Under the pieces are notes generated by a model. It saw nothing but the letters and a program-made list of their open reading frames with translations. It made no database searches and was not told the DNA's origin. A program made the position numbers and the translations under genes. Below are positions 14,837-21,319 of a stretch of DNA of 21,319 nucleotides, piece after piece (position 1 is the stretch's first letter; each line of letters opens with the position of its first letter). The stretch is from an uncultured bacterium (lineage in GTDB: Bacteria > Schekmanbacteria > GWA2-38-11 > J061): contig CAZJVM010000043.1 in assembly GCA_964549305.1 (NCBI GenBank), positions 1 to 21,319 on the forward strand, given 5' to 3'.

Positions 14837-16534
14837 ATGCAAAAAAAAGGAAAAAATATTACATCTGTTACTGAATCCTCTTTCTTCCGTTATTTCGCGT
14901 TAATCATTATTTTTGCTTCATCCTCATTATTCTTTTCAGGATGCGGAGGCATCGATGAAACCTCATCGACAACACAATTCTCCAATTCCACGGACAAGAT
15001 AAACAATAAGGAAAAGACCGGTGAAAAAATTCTTATTGAAAGCTATAAAGTTAGCGTCAACCTCGACAACCTGACAATGAGTTTCTCGCCGGCAAGCGAA
15101 AAGAAAGATGATTTTTCCTACAAATCAAAAATAACATCACAGTTGAGATTCAGGAGCGTTCCGTCGTGGGACAGCATTCAGAAGATTCTCTCGGGAAGTG
15201 TCGCCATTACAAACAAGAATTCTTACGATACTCTTTATGACTCCGAGTTAAGAGTGGAATCCGTAACACCATCGTCGGTAAGCGTCTCGAACGAAGACGG
15301 CATTTCCGGCGCCAATCCCTATCTTTATTACGGCACGATTCAGGGAAACAGCGATACGGGGGTACGGGTGCTCAAATTCCACGATCCTTCGTCGGTAAGT
15401 TTTTCATTCGTTGTCAACCTATACGCAAATCTTCTTCCCGGAGGTGACGGCATATTTACCGAAGACACGAGTTTCCCCGGAGGCGCATCCAATACACGTG
15501 CCGTCGCGGGAGGGGAACTTTCCGGCAACGGGCAATCTGATGTACTCTTCGGTAACTTCGGTGAGCTTAACAGACTTCTTGTAAATCAGGGTGGAACTTC
15601 ATTTCTCGATGAATCGGCACAGAGAATCCCATCGACATCTTACTTCACCTCATCGCTGAAAAGCGCAGACATTGACGGCGACGGAGACAGGGACATAATC
15701 GAAACAAACAGTACAAATATACCGGGCGATACAGTGCACATAATGGTAAATGACGGAAACGGAAATTTCACCGACGAATCGGCGCAGAGAATAAACATCG
15801 CTTCTTCCCGTTACACTCAGGATTCCGCAGTGCAGGATATAGACGATGACGGCGACCTTGACATCTTTACCTGCAATTCGCTTGAAACGGACAACAGGAT
15901 ACTGATTAACAACGGCAACGGTTTCTATACCGACGAAACATCTTCAAGACTTCCGGCAGGTATCAACAAATGCAACAAGGTGGAAATTGCCGATTTTTCC
16001 GGCGATGACAAATATGACATTTTTCTCGCGCAGGACGGTAGTGCCAAATTTAAACTTTTAATAAACGATGGCAGTGGAAATTTTACTGATGAATCATCTT
16101 CAAGACTACCGGCGGACACGGCTAACAATTTCGACATATGTGCCGGTGATTATGATGGAGACGGAGATACAGACATTTTTGTGGCAAACGAAAACAACAA
16201 CGGAAATCAGGACAAACTTCTCATAAATAACGGCACGGGAGTTTTCACCGACGAAAGCGCCACGAGACTTCCGCAAATCAGCGATTTCAGCCTTGGTTGC
16301 GTAACGGCAGACTTTGACAACGACAATGACCTCGATATCTTCGTCGTAAACTACGGCACGCAAAACAGAATGTATCTAAATAACGGTGCGGGCGTCTTCA
16401 CAGACGTTTCCTCCTCATCACTTCCCGCTGACACTTCACTCAGTCTCGATGTTTTTCTCTATGATGTGGATAAAAACGGTACTCCCGATATCATCATAGG
16501 GAACAATAACCAGAACACTCTTTTGTTAGACTAA
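14837..16534 (+). CDS. Lipoprotein with FG-GAP/VCBS-like seven-bladed Ca-binding beta-propeller
   Basis: Hydrophobic stretch and lipobox FSG-C; Ser-rich N-terminal domain; repeated F.DES..R(I/L)P followed by D.D.DGD.DI units. Start moved to ATG 14837 because 14759 overlaps the small ORF. Confidence 0.88.
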   Translation: MQKKGKNITSVTESSFFRYFALIIIFASSSLFFSGCGGIDETSSTTQFSNSTDKINNKEKTGEKILIESYKVSVNLDNLTMSFSPASEKKDDFSYKSKITSQLRFRSVPSWDSIQKILSGSVAITNKNSYDTLYDSELRVESVTPSSVSVSNEDGISGANPYLYYGTIQGNSDTGVRVLKFHDPSSVSFSFVVNLYANLLPGGDGIFTEDTSFPGGASNTRAVAGGELSGNGQSDVLFGNFGELNRLLVNQGGTSFLDESAQRIPSTSYFTSSLKSADIDGDGDRDIIETNSTNIPGDTVHIMVNDGNGNFTDESAQRINIASSRYTQDSAVQDIDDDGDLDIFTCNSLETDNRILINNGNGFYTDETSSRLPAGINKCNKVEIADFSGDDKYDIFLAQDGSAKFKLLINDGSGNFTDESSSRLPADTANNFDICAGDYDGDGDTDIFVANENNNGNQDKLLINNGTGVFTDESATRLPQISDFSLGCVTADFDNDNDLDIFVVNYGTQNRMYLNNGAGVFTDVSSSSLPADTSLSLDVFLYDVDKNGTPDIIIGNNNQNTLLLD

Positions 16535-16738
16535 AACATCCCACAAACCCCTTTTTTTCTTCACATTGTCCAATTATTTTCCTTATAATGTGATACATAA
16601 TTTTTTGGTAAAAGTTTTTTATTGACAAAGGGTGAAATTTGAATAAAAAACTCTGCCACTTTATCTGTTTTTCTATAGGGGGGAGAATTTCATTCTCTGG
16701 TATATTTCTAATCACAATTTTTTATAGGAGGGGAATCA

Positions 16739-17206
16739 ATGATAGGATTTGGACCCCATCTAACACTTGATGGTTATGGTTGCAGCAGGGAAAAACTTGA
16801 AGACCTTGAATTGATTTATTCGATTCTGGAAGACTTTCCCTCTAGCATAGGAATGAATAAAATTATGCCCCCTTATGTGTTTAAATATGACGGTATCAAA
16901 CCGGAAGACTGGGGCGTATCGGGTTTTGTGCTCATAGCGGAAAGCCATATCAGCATACATACATTCCCCTGTAAAAGCTATCTCAGCCTTGATATTTTTT
17001 CCTGCAAATATTTCGATATGGACAATGCAATCGATTACATGACTAAAACATTTGACATAAAGAAATTCGATAAAAATATCCTTGAAAGAGGGATTGAATT
17101 TCCCAAGGACATAGGGCTTTCAACTAAAATAGTCAACGGCCAGCGCAAAAGGATAGTCCCTCTTAGCGCATTTAAAAAGAAATCTTTCAGAGATAAAAAG
17201 GGTTAG
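16739..17206 (+). CDS. speD: Pyruvoyl-dependent S-adenosylmethionine decarboxylase family proenzyme
   Basis: G.HLTLDGYGC, GVSGFVLIAE/SHISIHTFP autocleavage site, LDIFSC; AGGAGG SD. Substrate is not certain. Confidence 0.85.
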   Translation: MIGFGPHLTLDGYGCSREKLEDLELIYSILEDFPSSIGMNKIMPPYVFKYDGIKPEDWGVSGFVLIAESHISIHTFPCKSYLSLDIFSCKYFDMDNAIDYMTKTFDIKKFDKNILERGIEFPKDIGLSTKIVNGQRKRIVPLSAFKKKSFRDKKG

Positions 17207-17304
17207 ATTGTTACAACGGGACTGGAAAAAACTTCCGCGTTTTTCCCCTCATTTAAACACTCCCACCCTGAGTAACAACCTTTAATCCAAACCGAACAGA
17301 CAAA

Positions 17305-17970
17305 TCAGCAAAGCTCGATAACGGCTTTTACAAGTTTCTCTATGCCCTCAGCCACTTCAGAAATTCCCGTGCCGAGCATATAAGCGGGTGTTGAGACGAT
17401 TTTATTTTTTTTGTCGATATGAAATTCTCTGACGGGGCACGCACAGTGCGTTGAACCCATTTTTTCAATCTTTCTGCTTGTATCGGGGTCATTGCCTATG
17501 GTTAATTCCGGTTTTACATCTTCGCCCTCAAATACCTTGGCGACAACCACGGGTGAAATGCATATGGCGCCAAGAGGTTTTCCCGCGCGCACCACTTCTT
17601 TTACAAGTTGTCTCACATCTTCGTCAACCGTGCAGGCATCACCGTCAAAAGCGTAGGATGAAAAGTTTTTTGCCGAACCGAATCCTCCCGGTATTATAAG
17701 AGCGTCTATTTCGGAAACATTTATATCGTTTATTTTCTTTATATTACCGCGGGCGATTCTTGCCGCCTCCACAAGGACATTTCTCGTTTCACCTTCCGAC
17801 TCATTGCCTGTAAGGTGATTTACAACATGATGCTGGGGAATATCGGGAGCAATGCATACAGTTTCACATCCCGCCCTGTCTATGGCAAGCATGGCGCATA
17901 CCGATTCGTGAATTTCCGCGCCGTCATAAACTCCGCAACCTGAAAGAAGGAGACCTATTTTCTTTGACAT
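17305..17970 (-). CDS. elbB: ElbB / ES1-type DJ-1/PfpI superfamily glyoxalase
   Basis: LLSGCGVYDGAEIHE, RNVLVEAARIARG, PGGFGSAKN, ICISP, STPAYM. Confidence 0.92.
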   Translation of the reverse strand: MSKKIGLLLSGCGVYDGAEIHESVCAMLAIDRAGCETVCIAPDIPQHHVVNHLTGNESEGETRNVLVEAARIARGNIKKINDINVSEIDALIIPGGFGSAKNFSSYAFDGDACTVDEDVRQLVKEVVRAGKPLGAICISPVVVAKVFEGEDVKPELTIGNDPDTSRKIEKMGSTHCACPVREFHIDKKNKIVSTPAYMLGTGISEVAEGIEKLVKAVIELC

Positions 17971-17983
17971 AGCTTTTCCTCCG

Positions 17984-19426
17984 TTATTTATTTTTCATTG
18001 CTTCGAGTTTTTTTCTTAAAATCTTGTTAACCATACCGGGATTTGCCTTGCCCGAAGTAGCTTTCATAACCTGCCCCACGAGAAACCCGGCAACCTTTTC
18101 CTTGCCTGCAAGATACTGCCCAACCTGTACCGTATTCTCCGCAAGCACTTTGTCGATTACTTCCCCGATTTCTCCTTCATCGCTTACCTGCTCGAGTCCC
18201 TTCTCTTTTACTACCGTATCGGGAGACTTGCCTTCCCTGTACATTTCCTCAAAGACAGTCTTTGCAATCTTCCCGCTTATAGTGCCCTTGTCTATGAGTT
18301 TCAGCATCTGCGCGAAATCTTCGGGAGAGATGAGGAGGTCGGATACATCTTTTTCCTCCTCCTTCTGCAGGCGAAGCAACTCGCCCATAACCCAGTTGCT
18401 TACCTTTTTCGCGTCGCTGTAAAGAGATACAATCTTTTCATAATAGGCGGCAAGTGCTTTTGATGAAGTTATCACGCCGGCATCATATTCGGGGATTCCG
18501 TATTCGGAAACAAATCTCTGTTTCTTCTCTTCGGGTAGTTCGGGCAGGGTTTTCCTTATGCTCTCTATCCATTCATCGTCAACCTCGAGAGGCACAAGGT
18601 CGGGACAGGGAAAATACCGGTAATCGTGCGCTTCTTCCTTACTTCTCATCGATGCCGTAGTCCCTGACGAAGGGTCCCAGAGGCGGGTTTCCTGCACAAT
18701 TCTTCCACCATCGTTAAGAACATCCACCTGTCTTTCGATTTCATATTCGAGCGCTCTTTGCAGATTGCGGAAAGAGTTCATATTTTTAATCTCCGCTTTT
18801 GTGCCAAGCTCTTTTTGCCCTTCACGCCTCACTGAAATATTCGCGTCACAGCGAAGACTCCCCTCTTCCATATTGCAGTCGCAAACCTCAAGGTAAAGAA
18901 GGATATTTTTCAGTTGTGTAAGATATTCCCTTGCCTCCTCAGGTGTGCTTATTTCAGGCTCGCTCACAATTTCCATAAGTGGAACACCTGTTCTGTTCAA
19001 ATCAACATAACTTCCACCAACAACATTCTCGTGAATGTTTTTTCCCGCGTCCTCTTCCATATGTATTCGCGTAATCCCGATTTTTTTCCGCCCCCCGTTA
19101 ATATCTATTTCAAGGAATCCGTGCTCGCTGAGCGGTTCTTCATACTGTGATGTCTGATAATTCTTCGGCAGGTCTGGGTAAAAATAGTTTTTTCTCGCGA
19201 ACCTTCCGAAGCGGTTTATTTTACAGCTCATAGCAAGAGATGTCTTTATTGCCATATTTATAACTTCCCTGTTTACTACGGGAAGCACTCCGGGCATTCC
19301 GAGGCAAACGGGACAAGTCTGGCTATTAGGCTCTGAGCCGAAGCGAGTGGAGCATCCGCAGAATATTTTTGATTTTGTGAGCAGTTGGGCGTGAACCTCA
19401 AGCCCTATGACAGCTTCATATTTCAT
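17984..19426 (-). CDS. gatB: Asp/Glu-tRNA amidotransferase subunit B
   Basis: [57 protein letters not shown]. Confidence 0.98.
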   Translation of the reverse strand: MKYEAVIGLEVHAQLLTKSKIFCGCSTRFGSEPNSQTCPVCLGMPGVLPVVNREVINMAIKTSLAMSCKINRFGRFARKNYFYPDLPKNYQTSQYEEPLSEHGFLEIDINGGRKKIGITRIHMEEDAGKNIHENVVGGSYVDLNRTGVPLMEIVSEPEISTPEEAREYLTQLKNILLYLEVCDCNMEEGSLRCDANISVRREGQKELGTKAEIKNMNSFRNLQRALEYEIERQVDVLNDGGRIVQETRLWDPSSGTTASMRSKEEAHDYRYFPCPDLVPLEVDDEWIESIRKTLPELPEEKKQRFVSEYGIPEYDAGVITSSKALAAYYEKIVSLYSDAKKVSNWVMGELLRLQKEEEKDVSDLLISPEDFAQMLKLIDKGTISGKIAKTVFEEMYREGKSPDTVVKEKGLEQVSDEGEIGEVIDKVLAENTVQVGQYLAGKEKVAGFLVGQVMKATSGKANPGMVNKILRKKLEAMKNK

Positions 19427-19441
19427 CTTATATTTTACTCC

Positions 19442-20881
19442 TCAAAGTTCAGGACGTTTATCCTTTACGGAAAATTTATTCTCAAGAAAATACGCGCTGT
19501 TCAGCAATGTGGATTCGTCAAAGTGCTTCGCGATAATCTGAAATCCTATGGGAAGTCCCTTCGAATCAAATCCGCAGGGAATCGAAATTCCGGGAAGTCC
19601 TCCGAGATTTACGGAAATAGTAAATATATCTGACAGATACATCTGCAGAGGGTCTTCCGTTTTTTCACCTATTTTAAAAGCGGTAGTGGGCGATGTGGGA
19701 GTGGCGATTATATCAACCTTTTCAAATGCCCTGTCAAAATCCTCTTTAATAAGAGTCCTTACCTTCTGGGCTTTCCCGTAATATGCGTCGTAATAGCCGG
19801 AACTTAAAGCATAAGTGCCGAGCATTATTCTTCTCTTCACCTCTGCGCCGAAACCTTCTCCTCTTGTTTTGCTGTACATATTGATGAGGTCGCCGTTCTC
19901 CTTTGTGCGGTATCCGTATTTTACGCCGTCATAGCGTGCAAGATTAGACGATGCCTCGGCAGTGGCAAGGATGTAGTAACAACTCACGGCATACTCGGTG
20001 TGGGGAAGCGATATCTCTATAATCTCAGCGCCTTCAGACGAAAGATGTCCGATGCCTCTTTTAACCGCTTCCGACACCTCATCATCGAGCCCTTCTCCGA
20101 AATATTCCCTGGGAATTCCAATCTTCAAGCCCTTTATATCCCCTGTAAGCGCTTTCGTATAGTCAGGCCTCTCGTAGGAAAGCGATGTGGAATCACGCTT
20201 ATCATGCCCTGAAATTACATTGAGAAGTATCGCGCAATCTTTGACATCCTTTGTCATTGGTCCGATTTGGTCAAGTGATGACGCAAAAGCCACAAGACCA
20301 TATCTTGAAACAGACCCGTATGTAGGCTTCATCCCCACCATTCCGCAAAATGAAGCGGGCTGGCGAATCGAACCTCCCGTATCCGAACCGAGCGCCCCGA
20401 TACAGGCATCGGCGGCAACCACCGCGGCAGACCCACCGCTTGAACCTCCCGGCGCCCTTTCCGTATCCCACGGATTTTTTGTCGGCCCGTACCATGAATT
20501 CTCCGTTGATGACCCCATTGCAAACTCGTCGAGATTAGTCTTTCCGCAGATTACGGCGCCTGATTTTAATATGCGCTCGGTCACATCCGCATTATAAGGC
20601 GGTTTGAAATTGGAAAGTATCTTTGATGCGCACGTTGTAAGCTCTCCCCTGACGCACATATTGTCCTTTACAGCTATTGGAATTCCCGAAAGAAACCCTT
20701 TAGGTAGACCTTCCTTAATCTGCTTTCTCCCATAATCTTCAAGGACAGTGATGTAACCGTTGATTTTACCGTTAACCGCGCTTATTCTTTCAAGTACGGA
20801 ATCCAGCACTTCTTCCGGCTTGATTTCCCCCTTGTCGAGAAGTTCTCTCAACTCCCAGATTGTCTTTCTGAATAACTCCAT
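19442..20881 (-). CDS. gatA: Asp/Glu-tRNA amidotransferase subunit A
   Basis: Amidase signature [56 protein letters not shown]. Confidence 0.98.
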   Translation of the reverse strand: MELFRKTIWELRELLDKGEIKPEEVLDSVLERISAVNGKINGYITVLEDYGRKQIKEGLPKGFLSGIPIAVKDNMCVRGELTTCASKILSNFKPPYNADVTERILKSGAVICGKTNLDEFAMGSSTENSWYGPTKNPWDTERAPGGSSGGSAAVVAADACIGALGSDTGGSIRQPASFCGMVGMKPTYGSVSRYGLVAFASSLDQIGPMTKDVKDCAILLNVISGHDKRDSTSLSYERPDYTKALTGDIKGLKIGIPREYFGEGLDDEVSEAVKRGIGHLSSEGAEIIEISLPHTEYAVSCYYILATAEASSNLARYDGVKYGYRTKENGDLINMYSKTRGEGFGAEVKRRIMLGTYALSSGYYDAYYGKAQKVRTLIKEDFDRAFEKVDIIATPTSPTTAFKIGEKTEDPLQMYLSDIFTISVNLGGLPGISIPCGFDSKGLPIGFQIIAKHFDESTLLNSAYFLENKFSVKDKRPEL

Positions 20882-20942
20882 ATTTTTTACCTGCCAATAT
20901 TTTTAAATGCTAAAGATTAACCAATGAAATTAATTAAGGACA

Positions 20943-21230
20943 CTATTCTATAATCTTCGGTACCTTAAAAAATCCTTCTTCCGCCAACGGTGCATTCTTA
21001 ATCGATTCTTCACGCGGAAGAGACTCCCTCACCTCATCTTCTCTCATAACATTTTTAACATCAACAACGTGGGAAGTGGGAGAAATCGCGCCGGTATCGA
21101 GTTCGTTCATTTTCTCGATGTAACCGATGATTGAATCAAGCTGTGTGGTGAATTGTTGAAGCTCATCTTCGCTGAATTCTATTCTTGCAAGCTTCGCCAC
21201 TTTTTTAATATCATCTATTGAAAGTTTCAT
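20943..21230 (-). CDS. gatC: Asp/Glu-tRNA amidotransferase subunit C
   Basis: VAKLARI, PTSH, MRED, NAP, FFKVPKIIE; directly upstream of gatA. Confidence 0.96.
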   Translation of the reverse strand: MKLSIDDIKKVAKLARIEFSEDELQQFTTQLDSIIGYIEKMNELDTGAISPTSHVVDVKNVMREDEVRESLPREESIKNAPLAEEGFFKVPKIIE

Positions 21231-21319
21231 TTTAAAACTCCTGAATAAGGCAACTTTATATAACCGCCATGATTATCTATTTCAAGAAATTTTTAATCAC
21301 ATAAGATAAAAATATCATT

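Noticed and set aside
400-20597. Numerous antisense or overlapping ORFs in the track (e.g. 400-921, 3168-3737, 12540-13112, 18024-18422)
   Set aside because: Shadows of well-supported genes, with no recognisable motifs.

Overview
AT-rich bacterial chromosomal window (roughly 40% GC by eye), mostly housekeeping genes: rplU-rpmA-obgE-proB-proA-nadD-rsfS-rlmH (minus), an orphan trpA, a TPR protein, rplM-rpsI, purU, rodA, ftsY, a class I aminotransferase, an speD-like gene, elbB and gatCAB. Two plus-strand accessory units sit in this backbone: a PEP-CTERM surface protein (7962-8978) and an FG-GAP beta-propeller lipoprotein (14837-16534). They are about 6.7 kb apart but share the same upstream architecture: two TGTCGG-N8-ACA (TGT-N11-ACA) enhancer sites, an IHF-like site at the same offset between them, and a sigma-54 promoter. 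The first gene behind the second promoter is a 51-aa ORF (14632-14787) missing from the ORF track. It has a lasso/RRE-type leader motif (KKPYSEPKI...LKKITL) and a short core that cannot form a lasso. I infer a sigma-54 regulon, possibly PrsR-type, linking PEP-CTERM surface proteins to a RiPP-like precursor; neither the activator nor any maturation enzymes are in this window. Also seen: a DnaA-box-like cluster at 6864-6917 and a nested-hairpin REP/MITE-like element at 1-114.
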